In this document: positions 27,601 to 38,862 of the stretch, in pieces
Layout of the letters: each line of letters begins with the position of its first letter
How positions within the stretch are numbered: the first letter of the stretch is position 1
Assembly: GCA_032718475.1 (NCBI GenBank)
Contig: JAUCBJ010008602.1
Span: forward strand, 1-64,000
DNA length: 64,000 bases
Reading direction: 5' to 3'
From: Nemertoderma westbladi
Taxonomy: Eukaryota > Animalia > Xenacoelomorpha
Made by a program: the position numbers and the translations under genes
Notes under the pieces: model-generated
Database searches by the model: none
Told to the model about the DNA's origin: nothing
Seen by the model: the letters and a program-made list of their open reading frames with translations, nothing else

Positions 27601-29339
27601 TTAGTATCCTTGAGGAACTATCTCTGTAATTTAGTAGCCTTGAGTAACTACCTCTGGAATTTAGTAGCTCTGAGGAACTACCTCTGGAATTTAGTAGCCT
27701 TGAGGAACTACCTCTGGAATTTAATAGCCTTGAGGAACTACCTCTGGAATTTAGTAGCCTTGAGGACCTATCTCTGGAATTTAGTAGCCTTGAGGAACTA
27801 CCTCTGGAATTTAGTAGCCTTGAGGAACTACCTCTGGAATTTAGTAGCCTTGAGGAACTATCTCTGTAATTTAGTAGCCTTGAGTAACTACCTCTGGAAT
27901 TTAGTAGCTCTGAGGAACTACCTCTGGAATTTAGTAGCCTTGAGGAACTACCTCTGGAATTTAGTAGCCTTGAGGACCTATCTCTGGAATTTAGTAGCCT
28001 TGAGGAACTACCTCTGTAATTTAGTAGCCTTGAGGAACTACCTCTGTAATTTAGTAGCCTTGAGGAACTACCTCTGGAATTTAGTATCCTTGAGGACCTA
28101 TCTCTAGAATTTAGTAGCTCTGAGGAACTACCTCTCTTAATTTAGTAGCCTTGAGGACCTATCTCTGGAATTTAGTAGCCTTGAGGAACTACCTCTGGAA
28201 TTTAGTAGCCTTGAGGAACTACCTCTGGAATTTAGTAGCCTTGAGGAACTATCTCTGTAATTTAGTAGCCTTGAGTAACTACCTCTGGAATTTAGTAGCT
28301 CTGAGGAACTACCTCTGGAATTTAGTAGCCTTGAGGAACTACCTCTGGAATTTAGTAGCCTTGAGGACCTATCTCTGGAATTTAGTAGCCTTGAGGAACT
28401 ACCTCTGTAATTTAGTAGCCTTGAGGAACTACCTCTGTAATTTAGTAGCCTTGAGGAACTACCTCTGGAATTTAGTATCCTTGAGGACCTATCTCTAGAA
28501 TTTAGTAGCTCTGAGGAACTACCTCTCTTAATTTAGTAGCCTTGAGGAACTACCTCTGGAATTTAGTAGCCTTGAGGAACTACCTCTAGAATTTAGTAGC
28601 TCTGAGGAACTACCTCTGTAATTTAGTAGCCTTGAGGACCTATCTCTAGAATTTAGTAGCTCTGAGGAACTACCTCTCTTAATTTAGTAGCCTTGAGGAC
28701 CTATCTCTGGAATTTAGTAGCCTTGAGGAACTACCTCTAGAATTTAGTAGCTCTGAGGAACTACCTCTCTTAATTTAGTAGCCTTGAGGACCTATCTCTG
28801 GAATTTAGTAGCCTTGAGGAACTACCTCTAGAATTTAGTAGCTCTGAGGAACTACCTCTCTTAATTTAGTAGCCTTGAGGAACTATCTCTGGAATTTAGT
28901 AGCTCTGAGGAACTACCTCTGGAATTTAGTAGCCTTGAGGAACTATCTCTGTAATTTAGTAGCCTTGAGTAACTACCTCTGGAATTTAGTAGCTCTGAGG
29001 AACTACCTCTGGAATTTAGTAGCCTTGAGGAACTACCTCTGGAATTTAGTAGCCTTGAGGAACTATCTCTGTAATTTAGTAGCCTTGAGTAACTACCTCT
29101 GGAATTTAGTAGCCTTGAGGAACTACCTCTGGAATTTAGTAGCCTTGAGGACCTATCTCTGGAATTTAGTAGCTCTGAGGAACTACCTCTGGAATTTAGT
29201 AGCCTTGAGGAACTATCTCTGGAATTTAGTAGCCTTGAGGAACTACCTCTGGAATTTAGTAGCTCTGAGGAACTACCTCTGGAATTTAGTAGCCTTGAGG
29301 ACCTATCTCTGGAATTTAGTAGCCTTGAGGACCTACCTC

Positions 29340-31138
29340 GATCGGAAATCGGACACGGAAATCGATCAATCTGCTTACTGGGCGGAAAAGCCAACCAACC
29401 ACCAAGGTTAAGGCTGAATCACCAGCCGATCGCCTCAATGGTTGGAAAGCCCACTTTGAAAAGCTCCTCAATAATGACAGGGTATTGCCTGATAACTTTA
29501 TAGAAGTAAAAGTGTCTGAGTCTGTACTCCCAGATATTCCCATTGGCGATATCTCCTTTGCAGAAGTGAAGGCTGCTGCAAAGAGCATTAAGACCAATCG
29601 TGCCAGTGGAGTAGATGGTGTTCCCCCTGAGGTCTTTAAAATACCTGAGTGTTTAAAGCTCATCTATCCCATCATAGTAGACATGTACCGTACAACAAGA
29701 GTCCCACAAGAAATGAAAACAAATAAGTTGGTGCCAGTTCCCAAGAAGGGCAACCTAACACTCTATGGTTCTTTTCGGGGAATCTCATTGATCTCGATTG
29801 CTGCAAAACTATACAATAGAATTCTATTAAATCGCATCAGGGATCCCATTGAGAGACTGCTACGTGGAAATCAGAATGGGTTCCGTAAAGGTCGTGGGAC
29901 CATGGAGCCCATTTTGGCACTTAGAAGGATAATTGAAGAGTTATCAAAAAAGAAAGACAGGCATCTGGCTGTTATCTTTGTTGACTTCTTCAAGGCCTTT
30001 GATTCAGTCTCTCGCTCACGTATGTTCAGCATACTTTCATTATATGGGATTCCTGATGAAATTATTGCAGCAATCAGATCAGTATACGATGGTTCGACAA
30101 CATTTGTGTCTACTGTTGACGGTGACACAGAACCATTTGAAGTGTTATGGGGCGTCCTCCAAGGAGACACACTTGCACCATTCTTGTTCATTATTGTGGT
30201 TGACTATGTTCTACGCATGTCCTTAGATCATCATAATGATGATGGGGTGATGATAACTCCACCTACTGGCTCCAGAAGTCGAGGAAATCCTGCCAAGTAC
30301 CTAACTGATCTAGACTTTGCTGATGACTTAGGAGTACTCTCAGAATCATTAGAGGGAGCCCAGCGGCTCCTCAGCTCATTAGAACATGCTGCTTCTAGTG
30401 TTGGTCTTTTTATTAATTCCAGAAAGACCAAAATTCTGACAGTTAACTTTGAAAGTCCTCAGCAAGTCTCTGATCGGATGAGCATAAGCTCAAAGGATGG
30501 TATGCTTGAGCATGTAGACGACTTATGTTACCTGGGATCATGGATCCGGAAGTCAGGTGAGGACCTTCGAATACGTAAGGGAAAGGCATGGGCAGCCTTG
30601 AATAGGCTTTCCAGGATTTGGAAGTCACCTAGAATTAATCGGAAACTTAAGGTCCGATTATTTAGAGCAGCAGTAGTTCCAGTACTCCTCTACGGGAGTC
30701 CATGCTGGGCTCTAACTGCTGAGGACACCAAATCTCTGGATGGCACATTCACAAGAATGCTACGCCGGGTACATTGTGTCAAGTACAATGCACACATCTC
30801 CAACCAGACACTATATATCATTGGAGGTGTCTCATTGGTTCCCCCAAGCTTGACACTAGAACAAAATCGCCTCCGCTTTGCAGGACATTGCTTTCGCCGT
30901 GAGGACCAGCCAGTGCATAATCTTGTACTTTGGCAGCCTCATGGAGTGAATAAGCATGGTGGACAGCCCATGACTTTCTTGAGACGCATCTTAAAGGACA
31001 CTGGCCTTAACGATGCGGATGATCTAGCAAATGTCATGGGTGATAGGGAGTTGTGGCGGTGCAATTTTGTTGACAAGCCGGCACAGCATTCTTAAAAATG
31101 CAGCTGCAATGCAGCATGCCGATCCTAGTAGTAGTAGT
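29340..31138 (+). mobile_element. 5'-truncated RTE-like non-LTR retrotransposon
   Basis: RT ORF, very short 3' UTR, (TAG)n tail; TSD AGGACCTACCTC at 29328-29339 and 31139-31150. Confidence 0.92.
29341..31095 (+). CDS. Non-LTR reverse transcriptase (ORF2, N-terminally truncated, endonuclease domain missing)
   Basis: Motifs FRGISL, QNGFRKGR, FVDFFKAFDSV, GVLQGDTLAPFLF, LDFADD, YLGS and LRFAGHCFR; the frame is open from the 5' junction to the stop. Confidence 0.93.
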   Translation: MGNRTRKSINLLTGRKSQPTTKVKAESPADRLNGWKAHFEKLLNNDRVLPDNFIEVKVSESVLPDIPIGDISFAEVKAAAKSIKTNRASGVDGVPPEVFKIPECLKLIYPIIVDMYRTTRVPQEMKTNKLVPVPKKGNLTLYGSFRGISLISIAAKLYNRILLNRIRDPIERLLRGNQNGFRKGRGTMEPILALRRIIEELSKKKDRHLAVIFVDFFKAFDSVSRSRMFSILSLYGIPDEIIAAIRSVYDGSTTFVSTVDGDTEPFEVLWGVLQGDTLAPFLFIIVVDYVLRMSLDHHNDDGVMITPPTGSRSRGNPAKYLTDLDFADDLGVLSESLEGAQRLLSSLEHAASSVGLFINSRKTKILTVNFESPQQVSDRMSISSKDGMLEHVDDLCYLGSWIRKSGEDLRIRKGKAWAALNRLSRIWKSPRINRKLKVRLFRAAVVPVLLYGSPCWALTAEDTKSLDGTFTRMLRRVHCVKYNAHISNQTLYIIGGVSLVPPSLTLEQNRLRFAGHCFRREDQPVHNLVLWQPHGVNKHGGQPMTFLRRILKDTGLNDADDLANVMGDRELWRCNFVDKPAQHS

Positions 31139-31656
31139 AGGACCTACCTCTGGAATTTAGTAGCCTTGAGGAACTACCTCTGGAATTTAGTAGCCTTGAG
31201 GAACTACCTCTGGAATTTAGTAGCCTCTAGGACCTATCTCTGGAATTTAGTAGCCTTGAGGAACTACCTCTGGAATTTAGTAGCCTTGAGGACCTATCTC
31301 AAGAATTTAGTAGCTCTGAGGAACTACCTCTGTAATTTAGTAGCCTTGAGGACCTATCTCTGGAATTTAGTAGCCTTGAGGAACTACCTCTGGAATTCAG
31401 TTTTGTCCGTCCAATCATTACATTAGCAGATTCTTAACGAAATATTGTTGAAATAAATAGAGCTGTTTGGTAGGGATACATTGGGTGATATTATTTATAA
31501 ATCAAATAACATTACAAATAAACTCACTTTATTTAATTACGTAATATATAACAGGCTATATCTAAAATACTCCCTACAATAACATATCACCGGTCTTTAT
31601 ATTAACTCTAGTTTATAGGCCTAATAATAATAATTAGTGCAGCGAAATTAAGCTAA

Positions 31657-32610
31657 TTAACTGCGTAACTTAGCATTAGCCCCATCCTGTGAGGCTATCT
31701 GGTAGTTAACCGGCAATTTATTGTAATTCAGTACTGAGTGGCCATTGGCTATGTTACCCAGCTGCAGCTCGATGTAGACAGCCAATAGGAGGCCGGTTCT
31801 CGGCAGGGGGCCCGGTTCGACCAGCTGGTTGGCCTGGATCAGACACCTCCGGGCGCGGTTCCACTCGGCCCGGAGGCTGTAGGTGGCCGCGAGGTTAATC
31901 AGCAGGTTGGACTTGGCGTGGGGGACGGAGAGGGGGAAGGAGCGGGGGGGTTCCGCGGGGGGCTCCTGGGGGGGCTGGGGGGAATCCGAGCGGTCCCCCC
32001 CGCTGGTCTCCGGGGGGCTGGGGGATCCCGTAGCCACGGCGACGTCCACTATCTTATCGGGGTTCAGCACCCGTATTGCCTCCGGCACCCGATCTAGGTA
32101 GACCAAGGCCTCGGCTGTGTACATCAACCCGAGGTACTTCAGACTTCCCGCTAGTTTGGACTGGGAGTTTAAAGTTTGGGAGTAAGTGAGGGCGGTGTAC
32201 GGGTCGCCTAGGGACAGCGACACGTAGGCGCCGACGGCGAGGGCGGCGTTGCGTAGTAACCGGACGTCGCGTTGTCTGAGCGCCCCGATGGGCGGCGTGG
32301 GTGGCGGGCTGCGGGGGCGGTCGCTGGTGGTGGGCGGCTCGGATTCGGGCGGCGCGCTGGTTGCCCCGCCAACCGGCCAGCCCACCAGATGGAGGACGTT
32401 CTTGACGCAGAGCGACGCGAAGTCGAGACTCGGTTCCGGCATGGCGGGCGAGGCACCGCCGGTGGGGGGTGTACGGGTCGGGCGCACCAGGGACTTCCGG
32501 TGCAGACCGGTCCCGATGACGTCATCTACGAGCGGAGGTTCCGGCCGCTGGCACACAGCGACGCAGGCTTCCGCTAGCCGCAGCCACAGACGCGGGTTCA
32601 TCGGGTAGAT
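31657..32610 (-). CDS. CNOT10: CCR4-NOT complex subunit 10, coding exon 2 (317 aa + stop)
   Basis: Acceptor TTTTAG|ATCTACCCG gives IYPMNPRLWLRLAEAC, then AYVSLSLGD, LGLMYTAEALV and LLLAVYIELQLGN, which match the CNOT10 C-terminal half. AATAAA on the minus strand at 31528-31533. Confidence 0.92.
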   Translation of the reverse strand: MYPMNPRLWLRLAEACVAVCQRPEPPLVDDVIGTGLHRKSLVRPTRTPPTGGASPAMPEPSLDFASLCVKNVLHLVGWPVGGATSAPPESEPPTTSDRPRSPPPTPPIGALRQRDVRLLRNAALAVGAYVSLSLGDPYTALTYSQTLNSQSKLAGSLKYLGLMYTAEALVYLDRVPEAIRVLNPDKIVDVAVATGSPSPPETSGGDRSDSPQPPQEPPAEPPRSFPLSVPHAKSNLLINLAATYSLRAEWNRARRCLIQANQLVEPGPLPRTGLLLAVYIELQLGNIANGHSVLNYNKLPVNYQIASQDGANAKLRS

Positions 32611-33429
32611 CTAAAATAGAATAGTTTTAATAACATTATTCATTAACAATATAATTAATTAGTTGGAGCTACAAAAGGGAAAAACTCGATATTCAAAAAT
32701 CGATTTGTTTAAAACGTTATATTTGTTTTTTAATGAATTTTAATGTTTTTTATGTTTCATTATAAATCTGTGACCCTCTGTGATCATGTCCGTCCATATC
32801 TGTTACATACCAGACAAGTATTTTAAGTAAAAGTTATTTGTATCCCGCAAAGTGGGGACTTCGCGCAGCACGTGACATAAAGTGCCTTATTTTACGAGTC
32901 AACTGGAATGAATTATAAGTAAAATCTAAGTAGATGTCACCTAAATAACTTTACTCACTCTGTGAGATATAGAATATGTGCTGCCAGGTATCAATCAGGA
33001 ACAAAGGATTATAAAACATAACCAAAGGGCTGAAGGTCTTCCTTTTGAGACATTTCGCCCTCAAGCGGAAGACCAGGGTTTTATTTCTAAATATGTTAGT
33101 GAAATTTACAAATGAAAATAGTGATTCATAAATTTTTTAAACTTGTTTAGAAATATTTCTAAAACTAAAAATTGGAAATAACAAATTTAAAATTTTACTT
33201 TACAGTTTTAAATAGAAAAAACCAATAAATCAGAATTTAACATTCAGATATTACTGATATTATCCATATTTAATTTCATTAAATTAATTCAACAATATCG
33301 AAGCCTCAAATCTCTAAATCGGATTCATATCCATCAGTTTAATTTGTTTTGTACTCCTATAATATTAAATACGTTCTCATATTTGTGGTATCGTTTCTAC
33401 GAAGATTGACATAGACTGTATAGTAGAAA

Positions 33430-33583
33430 GGGTCCAGTCGGGTCCGGCCGGGACCGGGTCCAGTCGGGTCCGGCCGGGACCGGGTCCAGTCGGGTCCGGC
33501 CGGGACCGGGTCCAGTCGGGTCCGACCGGGACCGGGTCCAGTCGGGTCCGACCGGGACTGGGTCCAGTCGGGTCCGACCGGGT
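33430..33583. repeat. 26-bp GC-rich tandem repeat (GGGTCCAGTCGGGTCCGGCCGGGACC) x~6, intronic
   Basis: Directly visible in the CNOT10 intron. Confidence 0.92.
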
Positions 33584-33718
33584 GGTAATCCAACCGGGAA
33601 CTTTAGGCATTCAACGCGAAATGAATGAAACCGGCTGGCTTAGAAGTTGCGCGGATATAATGAAGGAGGGATTTTTATATTTAGAAAGCCTTAAATTAAG
33701 TTATATGGCAAAGGTTAC

Positions 33719-33863
33719 TGACCGGACCCGTTGACCGGAACCGTTGACCGGAACCGTTGACCGGACCCGTTGACCGGAACCGTTGACCGGAACCGTTGAC
33801 CGGAACCGTTGACCGGACCCGTTGACCGGAACCGTTGACCGGACCCGTTGACCGGACCCATTG
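33719..33863. repeat. 13-bp tandem repeat (TGACCGGAACCGT) x~11, intronic
   Basis: Directly visible. Confidence 0.92.
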
Positions 33864-34639
33864 CCATTTAAAGGAGCAGGTTACAGTTACAGACGCGTGT
33901 TGTGGGGACCAAAAAATAAAATAAAATAACACATGTTAGAAGATTATGCAGGTTACTTAATAGTGGTAATAAGGGTCCGGTCAATAAATACTCAAGTAAA
34001 ATATAAATCAAATATAAAGCTTCAGTGCGGTATTTATGAGTTCCGGTCAGAGGGTCCGGCCGGTCCGGGCAGTAGCCACTTCTAAGGTTATTGTTATTGG
34101 TTACGATTACAATTAATTATGAGTATGACTGTATGATAGAATACAATCACCAATAATCTGCGTACCTCTGCCTATACTTTTCACTTTCTCAATTCATTCA
34201 CCATTGGGAAAATTATTTTGGTTTTCTAAACAAAATTTAGATTTTCTAAATTTTTTCTGACCGTTTAGAAACTTTTCACAGTGAAGATTTTGAAAAAAAA
34301 CATTGCGGCAGAACTGCAGACGGATTCACCTCCATTGAATGACACAGCTGCTAATGGTCTAGTACAAATCGGCTAAGTTTTAGCTTAAACGTTTTGAGCA
34401 TCACATGTAGGCCTCTAGCGGGAGAAGACATGGTTGAATGGGGTATTAAATATGCACAAAGGGATTATAAACAATAAGAAAAGGCAGTCCCATTCAGACA
34501 ACTGCTCTCTAGAGGGAGTCTGTTAAACTGATAATGTCTGGGTGACGGACAAATACCTAACATTTTGGTCTCGAAAGCATAAAAATCTAGCATAACAACA
34601 TTTATGGATTATGACTCGCCCCTTCTACACAACGGTTAC

Positions 34640-35698
34640 CTGTAAGGCTTCTATTAGCGACTCGAATGCCAGCCCAGGGTTCCCACAGTGGAGGTACTGT
34701 ATGCCGGCGTTGTACAGCAGCTCCGCGTTTCGGTTGAGATGGAAGGTGGACAGCTTCCGATGGTGGAGGTTGGTGGGCAGTCCGTGGATCGCGTCTGCGT
34801 TAAATCGGATCGCCTTATGGAAGTAGAAGCCAGCTAGGTTGTGCTTCCCTAGCATATGATGACAGCAACCCATGTTGTTGTAGAACAAGGTCTCCATGGA
34901 CTCGGCTATGTTGTCTTCCTTGGCCAACAGATCGATGTTGGCCAACATCTTCACGGCTTTCCCGGGGTTTCGTTTCCCGTACTCGAGGTTGGTTCGGAGG
35001 AATGAACTAATAATCCCGCTGGCGCTCACGCTACCCGCGCTTATAGCGGCCCCCGCTAGTAGCTTCAACTCGCGTTTGCAGCTTTTAACATTGTTCTGTT
35101 TCAGGTAGGCGAGTATTTTATACTGATGTAGTCGAAACTTCTGCACGGCGAGTTCCTCGCTGTTCCCACTCGTTGCCGCTATCAGCTTCTCGCCGCTGCT
35201 CGCCGCGCTCAAGGCTTTGTTAGGCTGCTGTATCGCGCAGTAACACGCCGCTAACAGAACGCAGATCTTTACGGAAAGCGGCTCCTCTACGGGTTCCAGA
35301 CATTGGTATAGCGGCGTGAGGTACTGTATGGCGGAACGGTACTGCCGTCTGTAATAGGCGACCACGGAATAGTTGTAGAGTAAGTAAGCGAACTCGGTAG
35401 AGTCAGTGGCCTCAATGTCAACCTCCTGGTTGTCCACCATGGCTATCGCCAACGACAGATGTTTACGGAACTGTTCCACGTTGGTCTCGTTGTTAGTGTA
35501 GAACTCGGTTACCGCTAGGTTGTGGACCACTTTCGGGTCGGTACGTCGCAGCTCCTTGAGCCGACGCAGCGTGGCCATCGCGCTCGGGAAGTCGGAGTCA
35601 TCGAACTGACGTTTAGCGATGACGGCGAGGTTCCGCTCCTCCGGGGAGAACGAATTGTCGTTAAAGGAAGTCGAATCGGTTGAATCACTTTGATCCAT
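34640..35698 (-). CDS. CNOT10: CCR4-NOT complex subunit 10, coding exon 1 (353 aa)
   Basis: TPR-like protein with DPKVVHNLAVTEFY, FYNNMGCCHHMLGKHNLAGFYF and ELLYNAGIQYLHCGNPGLAFESLIEALQ. The donor CAG|GTAACC splices in phase 0 to exon 2, restoring the conserved Q-x-Y-x-x-NPRLWLRLAE. Confidence 0.93.
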
Positions 35699-35870
35699 AT
35701 TGCATTTCAGTGTTGGGAGAGTTGTGTCGCGGCTAGTGCTGCAGTGCAGTAGTGGTACCGGCTGACCGGCTGACCGGTACCGGTACTTTGCAATTTGTGA
35801 TTTTATTTGTCAGGCAGATAGCCTAGTTGTGATTTTATTTGTCAGACTGATAGATGAGACATGGCCATGG

Positions 35871-37594
35871 ATTAGTTTAGTTTAGTTTAATACGCCAAAT
35901 GCAAATAAAAATTAATACATACAGCACATAATTTCTTATAAAACACAATGAACTGGCAAATCTATAAGGATTCTATGCATATGCACCGCAGGCTGTGATA
36001 AAAAGTGCAACCTAATAGAAAATGGTACTCGTCCTCTACTAAATTACAATCGCACATATTGCAAATTCGCTGGTCCCTAGCTATACCGTACCATCGTCCC
36101 GTTTCAATACTCAGCCCGTATGATGAGCATCTAAATTGCGCAAAAAGCCGGCGCAACGCTAAATGATTACTCAATACGTAAATGTAAGCAGGTAAGTAGA
36201 GGGTTTGAATATTTCCTTTATATAAAATCTTCCTTTTGGGGACGATGCTACTTCTGATCTCCAAAATTGCACAAACTGATCAGTGATACGTTGCTTTACA
36301 TTGAATAGAAAAGTATTACCGGTAACACTATTACCTACATCCTGATTTTGCCAAGCCCAACTAAATCCTAAATCATTTAGTATTCCTCTTAATTGCACAA
36401 CCCAACATTTTGGCGTTAAATGACTACTACTACTATCTAGTACGTTATTCAAATCATTGCACAACATTAAATAAGCCTGTTTCACCAACCTAGTATTTGG
36501 TAGATTAATAATTCTGGTCCAATACTTAACTATTCTGAATCGACGTTCGAAAATAAGTGGTAATTGACCTGTCTCTCCATATACTGCAAAATTTGGAGTA
36601 GTTTTTTTTTAACACCCAGAAAATTTTTCAGAAACCGTAAGTGTACCCTTTCTACATCATCAGCTGTATCAAAACCCCAAATTTCAGCACCGTACATTAA
36701 AATAGGTTTCACTAAAGTGTTGAATAAATTTATAGCACAATCGAAAGTAGCATGGGGAAATCGTACAAAGTACAATGTTACTTTGAGCAATATAAAATTT
36801 TCCAGATACCGTGAAGATAATACCTAAATATGTGTAGTGATTAATTTTTGGCATCACTTTGTTATTGTAGTAAAATTGCACCGCCGATGGACGACCTTTG
36901 TGACCAAAAACAACAACATTAGATTTATCTAAGTTTACTTCCAAGCACCAATATTTACAATAAAATTCTAGAATTATTAGGGATTGCTGTAAAGCTGACT
37001 CAGTCTCTACCAATATAACGATGTCGTCAGCAAATAGCAATAAGAATAATTTCATCGTACCAAATTCATCTATACCTTCAATGCCACCTTGTCTTAATTC
37101 GTTTTCCAAATCATTAATAAAAATACTGAACAAAAAGGGTGATAAGCTCTCACCTTGTCTTACTCCTATAGATACGAAAAATGTTTCTGACAATTTACCA
37201 TCTACTTTTACACATGACTTTACACTACTATACATATTCTTAATAACATTTAGCATTTTGCCACCCGCACCTAAATTGATTAATTTCAACCATAAAGCTG
37301 CACGACTAACTGAATCGAATGCCTTTTTCAGGTCAATAAAAGCACAATATAATTTTTTCTTACGAGTTAACAAAAAGTGATCAATAAGCGCACGTAAAAC
37401 AAACATTTGGTCAACTGTAGAAAACCCTGCTCGAAAACCACCCTGGGCTTCAACTACAATACCATAACAATCTGCCCACCATTGTAAACGACTATTAATA
37501 ACGGATGTGAATAATTTACCCAAAATTGACAACAGAGTTATTCCCCTATAGTTACCGGGATCCGACTTTTCCCCTTTTTAAACAATGGACATAT
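35871..37594 (-). mobile_element. RTE-X-like LINE, 3' part (RT and C-terminal CCHC region, (TAAAC)n tail), frameshifted
   Basis: NYRGITLLS, AFIDLKKAFDSV, GVRQGESLSPFLF, LLFADD; C-terminal LSIETGRW..R.C..C....EDEYHFLL.C; tail TTAGTTTAGTTTAG at 35872-35889. Confidence 0.88.
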
Positions 37595-37599
37595 AATAC

Positions 37600-38784
37600 T
37601 GTTCGCGCTTTTAAGACCTTTGGCAGTTTAACCTGCCAAATCTATATGTCTTCTAGGTTATAAATCGACTTTAGCCTATGACAAGTATTTGACACAAATA
37701 AATCCAACATTAGCCGAAGCCAGTCTATGCGCGACCATTCACCCGCTGGATATACCCGGGAGACTGGATTCGGATGCTTTAATTTGATTGCGGTGCAGGC
37801 CTACCGTACTATTCGATTGATCGTTAATATAATTCCTGACAAATATCATTCACTTTCGGGAAATATTAGCAGTTCCTTTAGGACGTGGCGCTCTATCTAT
37901 ATAAACAGAGCTATGGCTTACACTAAACACAACGGAATGGATTATAAGTTACACATAAGGCGCATTCTTTAGGAGATGCTTTGTTACGCGGACAAGCACA
38001 TACAGACTATTGCACACCGCTGCACACTGAATTGCCGATAGTCACTGATTTTAATCATATATAAAGAGAATAGCAACCGACATTTGTAGGGCCTATAAAA
38101 TAGCATTCAATTCACTACAAACCACGATAATATAAGTCGCAATTGCTATATGTAACCGGTCTCTCTAACCTTAGTGTATCAAGAAGATCGGGGTTTCTGA
38201 TCGTTTATCGTTATTCTCCAAATAACAATATGTAAACAACTGATACAATTAATAACAAACAGTAAATAGCAGTAAATAATGTGCAATACAGCAGTAGGTA
38301 CCGTACCGTACCGTACCGTACCGGTCCACTGCGTGCCACTGCGGTAACAGTTATGTGTTCTTATAATTAAAGTCGTTCTAATGTTGGAATAAAACATAAT
38401 AATTCCATAGCCGATGTTCATGGCATCAGGAAAACCAACACACTGAACCCTGTGAGCTGTTGCAGGTAGCTTTCAACACAAAGAGGAAAAGCTCTCATTG
38501 GCAGAGCTCCATATTCCACAGATTCCACGAATGTCTAAATGCCGAACTATTCGGGTTTTTGCAGCCCTTAGCCAACACACAGGATGAATCACTCTGCTTG
38601 GTTGACCTTGCTCTGGTTGGTTGATCGAACAGAACAAAGAGGCCATACGTACAGCAAATCAGCCAATCAGCCGGTAGCTTGCATCATTTGAGTTAGGGAG
38701 TTTTTCTTTAGAGTATTTGAGCGCATTGAGGGAAACTGGATTGCGAAGCAAAAGGGCCAGTTATATCCCACAAAAGCTTTTACA
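37600..38784 (-). repeat. Complete 3' LTR (1185 bp) of the BEL/Pao element
   Basis: Near-identical to 42469-43383; preceded on the minus strand by purine-rich GGGAGCGG. Confidence 0.92.
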
Positions 38785-38862
38785 CCGCTCCCAGAAAATG
38801 GGATTTAATTCTATAAAATATAAAAAATCACAGTTTCTAAAATATAAAAATACTCTAAACAG

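Larger units (their letters stand above)
25671..31398. repeat. 30-bp minisatellite (ACCTCTGGAATTTAGTAGCCTTGAGGAACT)n, interrupted by a LINE at 29340-31138
   Basis: Directly visible: ~120 units left of the insertion and ~8 right of it; occasional 31-bp variant units. Confidence 0.98.

Noticed and set aside
25561-29411. (LWNLVALRNY)n ORFs resembling leucine-rich repeats
   Set aside because: Translation of the 30-bp satellite; broken by stops, 31-bp units and a LINE insertion.
31883-32608. Alternative overlapping ORFs in CNOT10 exon 2
   Set aside because: Shadow ORFs caused by high GC content.
33411-33427. CATAGACTGTATAGTAG as a P-like transposon end
   Set aside because: No matching opposite terminus or TSD found, so it is not called as an element.
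38179-38421. 80-aa ORF duplicated at 42778-43020
   Set aside because: It lies inside the two LTRs, so the duplication is explained by LTR identity.
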